Translations under genes and position numbers: made by a program
Notes under the pieces: generated by a model
Told to the model about the DNA's origin: nothing
The model's database searches: none
What the model saw: only the letters and a program-made list of their open reading frames with translations
IMG/VR virus record: IMGVR_UViG_3300007784_000001
Location: 1 to 54,842 of that record
Source of the DNA: a virus
Taxonomy: Duplodnaviria > Caudoviricetes
Reading direction: 5' to 3' (one strand)
DNA length: 54,842 bases
In this document: positions 39,065 through 47,972 of the stretch, piece after piece
How positions within the stretch are numbered: position 1 is the first letter of the stretch
Layout: each line of letters starts with the position of its first letter

Positions 39065-39270
39065 TGGAGTCCCTCCCTAATACTATCTACGTCGTCTACT
39101 ACTTGTCCGTAAACAATGAGTGGCGACCTTCAATTCCTACCCCATACAAAGAAAACGCTATCAAGCACGCTAAAATTTTCGATGCTTCGAAGATCGTAGA
39201 ATACAGTATGGAGCAAGTAGTACCGTTCTCCAAGAAGGTACGAAAGATTCGGAAGGTTGTCACTGACTAG
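39064..39270 (+). CDS. Hypothetical protein
   Basis: 68 aa, TAATG-coupled, GGAGG SD. Confidence 0.55.
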   Translation: MESLPNTIYVVYYLSVNNEWRPSIPTPYKENAIKHAKIFDASKIVEYSMEQVVPFSKKVRKIRKVVTD

Positions 39271-39578
39271 CGCAACTCTTTCTTCTCATTTGGCCAACGC
39301 CAATAATTCGCGTTCGTTTGTCTACCAGCCATATGAATCACATGAAGGACATGTTCAATCGTCCGTCCACAACAATCCACGTCATCTGGATTCGGACTAG
39401 TAATCACTACATTGACGCATGGAACATTGATGAGTTTCTTCCTCCAATCTAACCCGACTTGCATATACACATGAATCACCAAACCATAGAAGTCCACATT
39501 GTCAGGTGACGTGTAGATCACAACATCGCCAATCTGAGGTGTCTCGATTGGCATTGGAATATTATCCATGGAGATCAT
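39267..39578 (-). CDS. Hypothetical phage protein
   Basis: PQIGDVVIY...W.WP pattern. Confidence 0.55.
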   Translation of the reverse strand: MISMDNIPMPIETPQIGDVVIYTSPDNVDFYGLVIHVYMQVGLDWRKKLINVPCVNVVITSPNPDDVDCCGRTIEHVLHVIHMAGRQTNANYWRWPNEKKELR

Positions 39579-39994
39579 GAGTTTCGAAAAAACTGTTTCA
39601 TCGGTGATTTCTTCTGAGACGACTTCTTAATATCCCATGCTCCCATCGCTGTAAAGCCTATCATCATTCCTTCGAATACTCCCTGTAACGCCCCCTGCCA
39701 CCATGGCTTGCCATCGTATACATACTGAGTCATACGCATACCAAGACTCGATAATGACGATGTTATCAAGATAATAACCGGTAAGTGTTTTTTCGAAATG
39801 ACATCGAAGAAATACTTACGAACTCCCCACACAACAAACATCAAACCAATACCAACTACTATCGGCCAGTTCTTCTCTGCCAACGCAGACCAGAACATAC
39901 TCATATCAGGGAATGGTTCCTCTACAAAATTCTGACCAAACAACGAGATGGGATACATGAGAACCAAACCCACAATCACCAATCTCATTGTCAT
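39575..39994 (-). CDS. Multi-pass membrane protein, holin-like
   Basis: Signal-like N-terminus plus about 3 TM segments and a basic C-tail; GGAGG SD before ATG 39994. Confidence 0.5.
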   Translation of the reverse strand: MTMRLVIVGLVLMYPISLFGQNFVEEPFPDMSMFWSALAEKNWPIVVGIGLMFVVWGVRKYFFDVISKKHLPVIILITSSLSSLGMRMTQYVYDGKPWWQGALQGVFEGMMIGFTAMGAWDIKKSSQKKSPMKQFFRNS

Positions 39995-39995
39995 A

Positions 39996-40211
39996 TCATC
40001 CTCCAAACTTTTCGTCTCGTCTTGCTTCGTATCGAAGACGAGCCAATCGAGTTTTCGTTGGCGACGGCCATGCCTTCGAAATCGATTCCCATTCTTTATC
40101 ATCAGATTCGATGACCCACTTCAGCCATTCGGCAAATATCGGCAGTGCTTGAAATGCAAAGTTCAACCACGGTTGCATCACTCGCCTCCTTCGCAATGAA
40201 CAATCTGACAT
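39996..40211 (-). CDS. Hypothetical protein
   Basis: Short ORF between lipoprotein and membrane protein. Confidence 0.45.
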   Translation of the reverse strand: MSDCSLRRRRVMQPWLNFAFQALPIFAEWLKWVIESDDKEWESISKAWPSPTKTRLARLRYEARRDEKFGG

Positions 40212-40666
40212 ATGCCATCAATCGAATTCTTGATTAGCTCTATGATTCGATCAGCACCATCGATATTCATTTCAGCAAGAATCGTCACAAGAGATTGTGA
40301 ATGTCTAAAAACTTGCAATATCCAATACTGCCAATTGGCATTGCCTTCATCGGAACGTTCGATGTTTTCATATACAACTTCCAATGACGCCAACGATTCG
40401 CGAACCATCGATATCACATCATCTAGCTGTAACCATTTTTCCATACACTGATCGGCATGGTGTGTAGTCTCAGAACGACGCAAACATAAATCGGCAGCCA
40501 CCTCAAACCGAGGAGCAACAAATTCATCTGTCGCTCTAAAGGCTTCTCGTACACTCACGTGTACATTACGCACCTGTCGCATGGCAGCCTTCGTCTGACA
40601 CGACGACGCCATAACAACAGGCAGAACTGCAACGATGGCAAGACTACCAACCTTGACGTGCAACAT
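40178..40666 (-). CDS. Putative lipoprotein
   Basis: Hydrophobic signal ending MASSC; helical body. Confidence 0.55.
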   Translation of the reverse strand: MLHVKVGSLAIVAVLPVVMASSCQTKAAMRQVRNVHVSVREAFRATDEFVAPRFEVAADLCLRRSETTHHADQCMEKWLQLDDVISMVRESLASLEVVYENIERSDEGNANWQYWILQVFRHSQSLVTILAEMNIDGADRIIELIKNSIDGICQIVHCEGGE

Positions 40667-40711
40667 TCGCCTCCCTTGTGATACGTCGATTACATCACAA
40701 GTCGAGGCGTT

Positions 40712-40729
40712 CGTCTAACCGGTGAGACT
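40712..40729. repeat. Palindrome copy 13 (CGTCTAACCGGTGAGACT)
   Basis: Overlaps the TAG of 40728..41075. Confidence 0.95.
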
Positions 40730-41075
40730 ACTCGGCGGGACCATCGTGTTCGGCAGTCCAATGCACAGGACCAACACCTGCTGCCGTAATGGTAAAGCCA
40801 GTACCATCCGTCGGAGCAGCCTTCAACACAGGAGCCGACGTAGCATCTCCCGTCACCGATACCGTGAAGTTCTCGTCTTCGAACGGTACATCAAAGGTAA
40901 TCACTTCATCGCCGGCACCGCCCGCCGTGTACCGCCCCTTGCGCCGCAACCGAAGAATTTGTGCCAGCGTCTGTCCGCTGCGCTTGTTCGAGAGGGATTT
41001 GCTACTCCCCTTGGTCAAGTTTGCTTGCCCCTCGAAATGATCAATGGCAATCACATGCCCAGTTTCCGATGCCAT
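40728..41075 (-). CDS. Small fibre/decoration-like protein (gp53/H-lectin-like C-terminal strand pattern)
   Basis: VITFDVPF....FTVSVT...TGFTI....VHWTA. Confidence 0.5.
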   Translation of the reverse strand: MASETGHVIAIDHFEGQANLTKGSSKSLSNKRSGQTLAQILRLRRKGRYTAGGAGDEVITFDVPFEDENFTVSVTGDATSAPVLKAAPTDGTGFTITAAGVGPVHWTAEHDGPAE

Positions 41076-41188
41076 GGTTCTCCTCCATCAAGTGGAATCG
41101 TACAGATTACGCAACTTGATGATATTATCAAAGCTATTCTTGCGCCACAAGAATATGATCGATAGACTATCAATCACAGGGAGGAACC

Positions 41189-41734
41189 ATGACTCGCCCC
41201 TATTCCGTCGAAAGTGCAGAAGCCCACAAACTGCTCGGCGACCCGAACCACGCCGAGCTAGCTCGATACCTCGATACGGTTGGAGATGGAAGCGGCAGCA
41301 AAAATATGCACGTCGCCGCAGCAACGTATCGACTATCTCCACCATCCGGTCTCATATACGTAATCGATGAGATTCGAATCGTTGGATGGGACGATACTGT
41401 TGCAGCCGGTGTATCGTTCATGGGTCTCGTTGCATTAACACTCGGTTGTAAACTGGAGATCAGATCAAAACCAAGTGACAGCGACGAAATCGTCATCGAA
41501 GATTTGACTAACGGCGTGACAATCAAAACCAACGGAGATCTCGCCTGTCTCGGAGAAACGATTCTATTTAATCAAGGTGCCGAAAGTTTGGTACAGTGCT
41601 CCATCAAGGGAACACCTTATCGACTAGAAGGTAACAAGGGAGAATCGTTAGTCTTTCAAACCCAAGATTCACTAGCTAACATTACCGGACTTCATGTTAT
41701 GGCACGTGGTCGCATCTACACCAATATTATCTAG
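41189..41734 (+). CDS. Stand-alone paralog of the C-terminal domain of 23772..24782
   Basis: I.EI.I, FMGLVALTLG and LVFQTQDSL...G align with QEIKF, YFGSVSGPLSNG and VRVTVQDDL...KG; GGAGG SD. Confidence 0.6.
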   Translation: MTRPYSVESAEAHKLLGDPNHAELARYLDTVGDGSGSKNMHVAAATYRLSPPSGLIYVIDEIRIVGWDDTVAAGVSFMGLVALTLGCKLEIRSKPSDSDEIVIEDLTNGVTIKTNGDLACLGETILFNQGAESLVQCSIKGTPYRLEGNKGESLVFQTQDSLANITGLHVMARGRIYTNII

Positions 41735-41958
41735 ATCACCTTTCTCCACATTTTTACTGGTATCCACTTATTTCGAAAATGCTTTAACTCACCACTACAT
41801 TGAACTTTGATATGAGTTGCATACAATGCTGTCTTTGGACGCTTACTAGTTACTCGTGCGCGTCTACCAGCATGCACTCCACCTACCAACTCAATCTCAT
41901 CTCCCACACTTACACTAATGGCTCTGACTATTTGTTGCGGCATTACACACCTCTCCAC
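41731..41958 (-). CDS. Small KOW/SH3-like protein
   Basis: VGDEIELVGGVHAGRRARV. Confidence 0.5.
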   Translation of the reverse strand: MERCVMPQQIVRAISVSVGDEIELVGGVHAGRRARVTSKRPKTALYATHIKVQCSGELKHFRNKWIPVKMWRKVI

Positions 41959-41975
41959 TCAATCTAGCATACAAC

Positions 41976-41993
41976 TGTCTAACCGGAGAGACA
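41976..41993. repeat. Palindrome copy 14 (TGTCTAACCGGAGAGACA)
   Basis: Intergenic. Confidence 0.9.
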
Positions 41994-42065
41994 AACCGCT
42001 ACCAAAGCCACGCTGTAAAACCTTGGTAGCAGCCACAACAGGTACTAATGTCGAGTGCGAGGATA

Positions 42066-42485
42066 TTACCTTCTCTCACATGGTTTGTCTAGCCAGCATT
42101 GAGGCATCGGTATCTTTTCACTCTCGAACATCGAACAGATACCCCATGCGGGTATACTACGCTCCTTCGCGGCTTCCCTAATAGTACCCCTTACCTCGGG
42201 TATATGTATGTACGAATCTCGCAGATATCCACCATGTGTTATCGTATATATGTAAACACGTGCATAGCTATCGCCAATCAAATCAAACGTAGGGACACAA
42301 TAATCATATGGATAATGTTTCTTGACAAAATTGAGTACCTCGCTAGCTAAGTCGTTGACTTCATCGCGACTCATCCTATCCATAACTTCCCATGCACATT
42401 CATATGCAAACTCCCAATCGTGTTCGAATGGAACATTGCGTATGCATCGAAAGCATTTGTTATGAAGAACTCGTATACGACCCAT
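42066..42485 (-). CDS. Hypothetical protein
   Basis: 139 aa; TATAAT 6 nt before the ATG. Confidence 0.55.
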   Translation of the reverse strand: MGRIRVLHNKCFRCIRNVPFEHDWEFAYECAWEVMDRMSRDEVNDLASEVLNFVKKHYPYDYCVPTFDLIGDSYARVYIYTITHGGYLRDSYIHIPEVRGTIREAAKERSIPAWGICSMFESEKIPMPQCWLDKPCERR

Positions 42486-42579
42486 AGAAGGATTATAGAA
42501 AAGTAAAAGGTGTTACTCTCATAGAGAATAACACCTTCCACTAACAGGGACACCTATGGCTATATAAATCTATGATACC

Positions 42580-42774
42580 TCATGCGCCAAATCCCCACAA
42601 GGCATCGTACAAAACATCCAAGCACGACTGACACAACCACACGCCAGACTTGGTTTCCTGTGCCACAGCCCGATGATTACACGAGGGATTCTCGCACATT
42701 TGGGGTACCGTTACTCTTTCTCGTTTGCGAACTACATTTGCCTTAGTACGTGTCTCAGTACGGTGCACCAACAT
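42580..42774 (-). CDS. Small Zn-finger-like protein
   Basis: CENPSC...LCQSC; GGAGG SD. Confidence 0.55.
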   Translation of the reverse strand: MLVHRTETRTKANVVRKRERVTVPQMCENPSCNHRAVAQETKSGVWLCQSCLDVLYDALWGFGA

Positions 42775-42921
42775 CTCGCACCTCCATTCTCCCCTCCTAC
42801 ACGATATAGTGTGGATTGTAAACTCCAGTATGCAACTATTTTTGTAACTTTTTTGAAAAACAACTTCTAACTACTAACAACCATTGACATCATTATAGTG
42901 ATCTTTGGCGAGATGTGTGCG

Positions 42922-42939
42922 AGTCTAACCGGTTAGACA
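42922..42939. repeat. Palindrome copy 15 (AGTCTAACCGGTTAGACA)
   Basis: Supplies GTC-TAA of dcd. Confidence 0.95.
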
Positions 42940-43487
42940 GAGGGTTTATAACCGACTACCCCTTTGCTATCTTGATAACGAGAACCTAGACCATCGGAAC
43001 CATATGGTCTTTCTACTTTTCCTATCATCGGACTCAAACATATCTGTGCAATTTCCATACCAGGCGATAACAAAATCGGAACTGAATTCAGATTCATTAG
43101 TTCTAACGTAATGTTACCGCGAAACCCAGGGTCAATGAAACCAGCAGTTGCATGTACAATCAACCCAAGTCGACCAAGTGATGACTTGCCTTCTACCCTA
43201 GCTGCCAAATCATCCGGTACTTCCACCCATTCAAGAGTCGACGACAACACAAACTGATGTGGTTCCAATGCAAAGCCACGTGGATCATCACTATCCAACG
43301 TCTTCTTGATATACCAAACATCTTCATCTGGACGAATAACCCAATTCTGTTGACTCACCTTCATAATGTCATTTGCCAAATGCAAATCGACCGATGCTGG
43401 TTGCATATCACTATCACTAGGTGGAGGTTCGATAATCAACGATCGATCCAACAACCGTTTCCGTATTTCAGAATCACTCAGGTACAC
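42933..43487 (-). CDS. dcd: dCTP deaminase
   Basis: LSDSEI, QPASVDLHL, EGKSSLGRLGL.VHATAGFIDPGFRGNITLE, YQ motifs. Confidence 0.95.
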   Translation of the reverse strand: MYLSDSEIRKRLLDRSLIIEPPPSDSDMQPASVDLHLANDIMKVSQQNWVIRPDEDVWYIKKTLDSDDPRGFALEPHQFVLSSTLEWVEVPDDLAARVEGKSSLGRLGLIVHATAGFIDPGFRGNITLELMNLNSVPILLSPGMEIAQICLSPMIGKVERPYGSDGLGSRYQDSKGVVGYKPSV

Positions 43488-44364
43488 TTACTCCTCCTAC
43501 GATCGATGTCAAAAACTCCGATGCGTACGCATTACGTTTACGCCATTTTGACGACCAGCACCTTACCCGAGTAACTCCTACCGAATGCATAATGGCTTCA
43601 CTGAATGACATCATCATCGCTTCCATCGGCTTATGTCCAGGCCAATGCTGGTCCCACAACGCATGACCGTATCCTACTTCTACCTCCTTCTCCATAACCC
43701 CCGGTACAAGCATTGTTCGATCAAGCGTGTATCGCTGCATATACCCAGGACCATACACATGGTCCCATGGAATCTCTATACGTTTCCCACGTGCACCTGG
43801 GCGATGTCGAGTAGCGTACGCTTGCACGAGCAAACAATCCATATGTGGCGCTACAGTAGCAGCTCGTCCATTCTCAGTATGAGAAGTAAACGTCGTCATC
43901 TCTTTGCGTATCTGATAGTCGTCGACCAGTTCTTGCAGTCGATCGACATATTCTTTGCCAGCTCGTTCTAATCGACCTGTTCCTGTAGGCGTAGCTATAA
44001 ATCCTTCAACGTGTTTCGACTTCCAATTGAATTCTAGATCTGCTTCTATTGCAGCTATTGGTCCAACCTCACACATCGCCTTCAAATCACGAAATGCAAG
44101 ATTCATCCAATTCATCGACGGATATGGCCATATCGTCAGTATAACTTCTATCGCATACGGGTCAGCCAGTTCCAACGCCTTCTCGATATCATGTAATCCC
44201 CAAGTTGATTTCCACTTCCGATCGCTCTCATCAATCATGATTGCAATCGAATCAATACCATGATCATTCAGCTCTCGAAAGTATCCCTTGGTCAGCACTC
44301 GATGACGCGGCTCGTCTATCCATAACTCAATACTTATCACTCGATTATCAAAATCCATTTTCAT
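43474..44364 (-). CDS. Putative TIM-barrel glycoside hydrolase (GH25-like; possible lysin)
   Basis: W.YP, IEADLE and QAY motifs at strand ends; family uncertain. Confidence 0.4.
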   Translation of the reverse strand: MKMDFDNRVISIELWIDEPRHRVLTKGYFRELNDHGIDSIAIMIDESDRKWKSTWGLHDIEKALELADPYAIEVILTIWPYPSMNWMNLAFRDLKAMCEVGPIAAIEADLEFNWKSKHVEGFIATPTGTGRLERAGKEYVDRLQELVDDYQIRKEMTTFTSHTENGRAATVAPHMDCLLVQAYATRHRPGARGKRIEIPWDHVYGPGYMQRYTLDRTMLVPGVMEKEVEVGYGHALWDQHWPGHKPMEAMMMSFSEAIMHSVGVTRVRCWSSKWRKRNAYASEFLTSIVGGVSVPE

Positions 44365-44605
44365 CTCTACGCGCGTATCGCAATGCCTTCATCATCAACT
44401 TATTTGACAATTGATGTTTTGCGCAAAGTTTCTGAAATATCCGATACGCATGATCTTTGACTCGTATTCTCTCACCGTCATCGATTGGTACCGGCTTCCC
44501 CTCCTTTGTACGACCTGAACAAACTGTCAGATCGTATTCAAAACAGGTATTGTAGTATTCCTCGCCAATAGAACGAAGTCTGTTTGTCTCTCTTGTTTGG
44601 TCCAT
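44348..44605 (-). CDS. Hypothetical protein
   Basis: In-frame ATG 44605 preceded by TATACT-6nt; avoids overlap with the divergent gene. Confidence 0.5.
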   Translation of the reverse strand: MDQTRETNRLRSIGEEYYNTCFEYDLTVCSGRTKEGKPVPIDDGERIRVKDHAYRIFQKLCAKHQLSNKLMMKALRYARRDENGF

Positions 44606-44690
44606 ATGAAAAGTATACCTGTTAGATTGCTTTTCGACATATCTATATCTACAATGACGTACATCGTGTAGGCAATGCATAGGAGATGCC

Positions 44691-44984
44691 ATGCCAAAAA
44701 GAACCGATGAACTTGTACATGAAATGCCGTTGATGAAAACTGTACGTCTGAAATTCCGACGAGTCGGAGTAGACTACAAATCAGATGACAAGAAATCCGA
44801 GTTCAAATACGAACTCGTAAATTGGCCCACCGACCAAGGACCGGCTCCAATTATCGGTGTTGAAATTGACGACTGGGAAGAAAACGACAAAAAACCAAAG
44901 CGTCAAAAACTCAAAGATAATGTCGAGAAAAAAATCGACACTACTATCATGGACGCGATTGTAGCGCAGCTAGCTACTCCATAA
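44691..44984 (+). CDS. Hypothetical protein
   Basis: 97 aa, AGGAG SD, ends at a hairpin. Confidence 0.6.
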   Translation: MPKRTDELVHEMPLMKTVRLKFRRVGVDYKSDDKKSEFKYELVNWPTDQGPAPIIGVEIDDWEENDKKPKRQKLKDNVEKKIDTTIMDAIVAQLATP

Positions 44985-44991
44985 TAAACAA

Positions 44992-45045
44992 AACCGGACG
45001 ATAGTTGCCAGGACTGGTCTGCACCAATATAACTACCGTCCGGTT
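44992..45045. terminator. Likely bidirectional intrinsic terminator between convergent genes
   Basis: AACCGGACGATAGTT / AACTACCGTCCGGTT stem (G-U pair on the minus strand) followed by TTGTTTATT on the minus strand. Confidence 0.7.
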
Positions 45046-45093
45046 GAGCACCCCATGTGCTCCTTTTCTATAAATAACAAATTCCGTTCCATG

Positions 45094-45276
45094 TCAACTG
45101 TAGCCAGCTTCGTCCATCCATTTCTTGATGGTCTCGCTCTTTGTCTCATCTGAGATATCCTGATTGATCATCAAATCCCAGAATCGTTTGGCGCAGTCAC
45201 CAGCATCTTGATCTGTATTGACAGCCCACTTGGCCAAGAAATCAATTACATCAGACGGCACGTCAATATTGGACAT
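45094..45276 (-). CDS. Hypothetical protein
   Basis: GAGGT SD just after palindrome copy 16. Confidence 0.5.
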   Translation of the reverse strand: MSNIDVPSDVIDFLAKWAVNTDQDAGDCAKRFWDLMINQDISDETKSETIKKWMDEAGYS

Positions 45277-45284
45277 GACTACCT

Positions 45285-45302
45285 CGTCTAACCAGTTAGA
45301 CA
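45285..45302. repeat. Palindrome copy 16 (CGTCTAACCAGTTAGACA)
   Basis: Supplies GTC-TAA of 45296..45871. Confidence 0.95.
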
Positions 45303-45871
45303 CCATGATCTTGCAAAAACTTGATGGCTGTCTTCCCGGCGCCAGTTGTTACCGCTCCTCGACTAACGGCTTTTGAAATACTACGTAGCATCTTCTCAGC
45401 CATGACTATATCATCCTTCTTGCAATTATAATCGACCAACTTGATTGCCATTCTTGGTATGTCTGGCAATGTATGACTGTACCACCATTGTATTTCCATC
45501 GAAGCCTGCATAGCTTCTACTTCATACGCAGCACGTCGAGAAGAATCCGTCAAATACTCCAACATAAAATAAAGACCACCCCGACGCCATTGCACAACAT
45601 GTTGATGTTCATGAACACAAATTTTCAACTGAGTATATAGTGGATATCGAACATTCGTTACTCCTATTCGGAAAGGAACATACACAACACTACCAATCGT
45701 TGTTGTATAGTTCTCTAAGAATCTCTCTTTATCAAGAACTCCTATTCCATCCAAGAAGTAACCAATCATCTTCATCATACCGGAATCTGATTTACTCGTA
45801 TGATGCGATTGATACGTTTTCTCCATATGATGCCAAAGATTGACTACCGTTGCCGTTGTAACTTGCCTCAT
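45296..45871 (-). CDS. HExxH zincin-like metallopeptidase domain protein
   Basis: TTIG...Y, VHEHQHVVQW and YEVEA motifs. Confidence 0.65.
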   Translation of the reverse strand: MRQVTTATVVNLWHHMEKTYQSHHTSKSDSGMMKMIGYFLDGIGVLDKERFLENYTTTIGSVVYVPFRIGVTNVRYPLYTQLKICVHEHQHVVQWRRGGLYFMLEYLTDSSRRAAYEVEAMQASMEIQWWYSHTLPDIPRMAIKLVDYNCKKDDIVMAEKMLRSISKAVSRGAVTTGAGKTAIKFLQDHGV

Positions 45872-46085
45872 GTCTCACCACCTCAATGCATGTGTGATCA
45901 ACTCCATCGAACACGCAACTCCATCCATCTGGTTGAACTTCTCGGCAATCAATCACTTTCTGCCAACGACCATGCGAATCGCAAATCTGTACTACATCGT
46001 TAGCACAACGAGTCTGCAACTTTTGGCACATTGGACCTGGGCACGATGGCATAAAACATGCCACCACCAGCAACAAATATCGCAT
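45792..46085 (-). CDS. Cys-rich secreted/lipoprotein-like protein
   Basis: Signal peptide, then C...TRC....QIC...G.W....DC; AGGAGG SD. Confidence 0.55.
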   Translation of the reverse strand: MRYLLLVVACFMPSCPGPMCQKLQTRCANDVVQICDSHGRWQKVIDCREVQPDGWSCVFDGVDHTCIEVVRHEASYNGNGSQSLASYGENVSIASYE

Positions 46086-46113
46086 GAATCCTCCTACCGA
46101 AGATCATACAATA

Positions 46114-46404
46114 TCAATTGATATGTTTGAGATGTTTTTCATCGGTAAGCATTTCGCCTACACGACAGGGTTGATTACCCCAATGACTTTGATACTGAGC
46201 ACATGGCGAAGATGGGTACCATGGCTTATCGTGAACTGAACACCAGTACTTCCCTGGCATATCACCGCGCAAATGAGGACATCGTTCCAGTTCTCCTGTC
46301 GTACCAATCGCTTTAAGATTACCTTCTTCGAATGGTCCTTCAGGGTCATCGATAACTACTGCCAACAACTTGGTACAGCAATATCCACACCGAAAGCATT
46401 TCAT
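46114..46404 (-). CDS. YkgJ-like CxxCxxCC Zn/Fe-chelating protein
   Basis: CFRCGYCC...CPHL...CSVH..P...C. Confidence 0.65.
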   Translation of the reverse strand: MKCFRCGYCCTKLLAVVIDDPEGPFEEGNLKAIGTTGELERCPHLRGDMPGKYWCSVHDKPWYPSSPCAQYQSHWGNQPCRVGEMLTDEKHLKHIN

Positions 46405-46727
46405 GCTAACGATACCGATAGTTTGATTGACTCTATTGAACGAATCAACGAAACATCAAGTAGCCTACGTTCATGATCATAATAGAACATGCAATTGTAA
46501 ACTGTCTGAATGGAAGATGCTCGTTCAAGAGAAGCCCGTATAACTTCTTCGATTTTCTCTCTCGAATCCCAGAATTCCTTATCGTCATCGTCAGGCAATC
46601 GAGAAAGTATTTCTTCGATCAGCTTCTCACGAAATCTATCAGGTATGAAATCACCGACCAAACATTGAGGACATGCCCAATCTTGTATGTCGTAATACGC
46701 ATCGTGACGTTCGCACCACATCTGCAT
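46401..46727 (-). CDS. Hypothetical protein
   Basis: ATG 46727 with an SD (AGGGAG) formed by palindrome copy 17. Confidence 0.55.
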   Translation of the reverse strand: MQMWCERHDAYYDIQDWACPQCLVGDFIPDRFREKLIEEILSRLPDDDDKEFWDSREKIEEVIRASLERASSIQTVYNCMFYYDHERRLLDVSLIRSIESIKLSVSLA

Positions 46728-46730
46728 TAC

Positions 46731-46748
46731 TGTCTCCCTGGTTAGACA
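46731..46748. repeat. Palindrome copy 17 (TGTCTCCCTGGTTAGACA)
   Basis: Between the stop at 46750 and ATG 46727; 15/18 match. Confidence 0.8.
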
Positions 46749-46749
46749 C

Positions 46750-46926
46750 TCAGTCTTCAAATGGTGCAGTAGTCACAATCCATTCAGAATTCTCGGCCTT
46801 GACCATTATCTGATTGTTCTCGACGTAAATCGATACGTTGTATATACCTCCGTTCGATTTCGTTTCATCGCGGTAACGAATGGCAACGCTATTATCTGTT
46901 TCGTGGTTGATAGATTCGATGTGCAT
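46750..46926 (-). CDS. Small hypothetical protein (58 aa, below the ORF-track cutoff)
   Basis: AAGGAGGAG SD; MHIESINHET...APFED*. Confidence 0.65.
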   Translation of the reverse strand: MHIESINHETDNSVAIRYRDETKSNGGIYNVSIYVENNQIMVKAENSEWIVTTAPFED

Positions 46927-46988
46927 GTCTCCTCCTTATGGCACAGTTAATTATTGCCATTTACGCGAATTTGTCACAGGGGAGATCA

Positions 46989-47204
46989 CTACAGGGTACG
47001 ACTTGAAGTAAGTACTTCGATGATTTGATTTCTCAATTCATATTTCGCGCGCTCTTGTGCTGCATATAATCCAGGACTGGCGATATTGCCACTCACGGAT
47101 ATCACACCTCGCAACTGCTCAATCGCAGCAATCAATGGCTCAACATCTTCATCGCGCATATCATTTTCAAGTACTACCGTCAGTGTATTATAGCGGTCTG
47201 TCAT
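46989..47204 (-). CDS. Hypothetical phage protein
   Basis: ATGA-coupled start MTDRYNTLTVVLE. Confidence 0.6.
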   Translation of the reverse strand: MTDRYNTLTVVLENDMRDEDVEPLIAAIEQLRGVISVSGNIASPGLYAAQERAKYELRNQIIEVLTSSRTL

Positions 47205-47584
47205 TTTGTCGGCCTCCAACGTCGAGGTGGCTTCCATCCCTCTGCCAATGCCTGCTTAGCCCAATCAGGGAATGGCCGTCCCGTTTGAATAGCTTTCAAC
47301 TCTGCTCGTGCCAATCTCATTGCCCGAGCAGCATGCTTCTTCGTTTCCCATATATACGCACCGCTCGTTGAGCAACACGTAACCTTTACCCTCTGAGCGC
47401 CACGTAGAGCAGCAATATTCTGTCGATGTGTGATTGCATCTTTGTCAGATATCGGCTCACCGAGAAGAACATCCATTCGGCTACTACCATCAGGTTGAAC
47501 ATCAAACCAACCTATACTCCAACCGCGCTCCCACATGTCTTCTACAAGCCCAAGATGCAACGGCATATTTTCCTCGCTAGGCAT
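47201..47584 (-). CDS. Hypothetical protein
   Basis: 127 aa in a coupled run. Confidence 0.55.
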   Translation of the reverse strand: MPSEENMPLHLGLVEDMWERGWSIGWFDVQPDGSSRMDVLLGEPISDKDAITHRQNIAALRGAQRVKVTCCSTSGAYIWETKKHAARAMRLARAELKAIQTGRPFPDWAKQALAEGWKPPRRWRPTK

Positions 47585-47972
47585 CTACAATATTCGAACG
47601 TCCTAGCGAATCTATACTGTCCTTACCCACCATGCAAGCTTCACATCGAATCTCATCGGCTACTATCCTCGCACAATGAGAGCACAGCGGACGAAAGCAC
47701 TTTCCGCAATACAACGGGTCTTCGTCCGATATACTGTTAACCATGCAATCAGTACACAATCTCATACGAGCAGTCTGCAACCGAAGCTGCTCTACAGTAT
47801 CGAATGCGTATTTGCCAAGATTTTCATTATCGAAAACCCAACCAGCAGACATCCCAGTAATCGTGAAGTCATTCTGTTCACGCATGATGTCTTCAATGGC
47901 ATAAGCTGGGAGATGACGACTGATCAACGAATAGATGAATGCAACCATGGCATCCCTAGTTCCGAATGACAT
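47577..47972 (-). CDS. Zn-finger-containing hypothetical protein
   Basis: CTDC, CGKC, CSHC, CEAC. Confidence 0.55.
   Translation of the reverse strand: MSFGTRDAMVAFIYSLISRHLPAYAIEDIMREQNDFTITGMSAGWVFDNENLGKYAFDTVEQLRLQTARMRLCTDCMVNSISDEDPLYCGKCFRPLCSHCARIVADEIRCEACMVGKDSIDSLGRSNIVDA

Noticed and set aside
40676-40700. TTGTGAT-N11-ATCACAA inverted repeat as a CRP site
   Set aside because: Spacer does not fit TGTGA-N6-TCACA and it occurs once; may be a local operator but unsupported
44611-44628. Weak motif look-alikes (GTATACCTGTTAGAT here; also near 8765, 11805, 38944)
   Set aside because: Need an indel or more than 4 mismatches; not counted among the 21 copies
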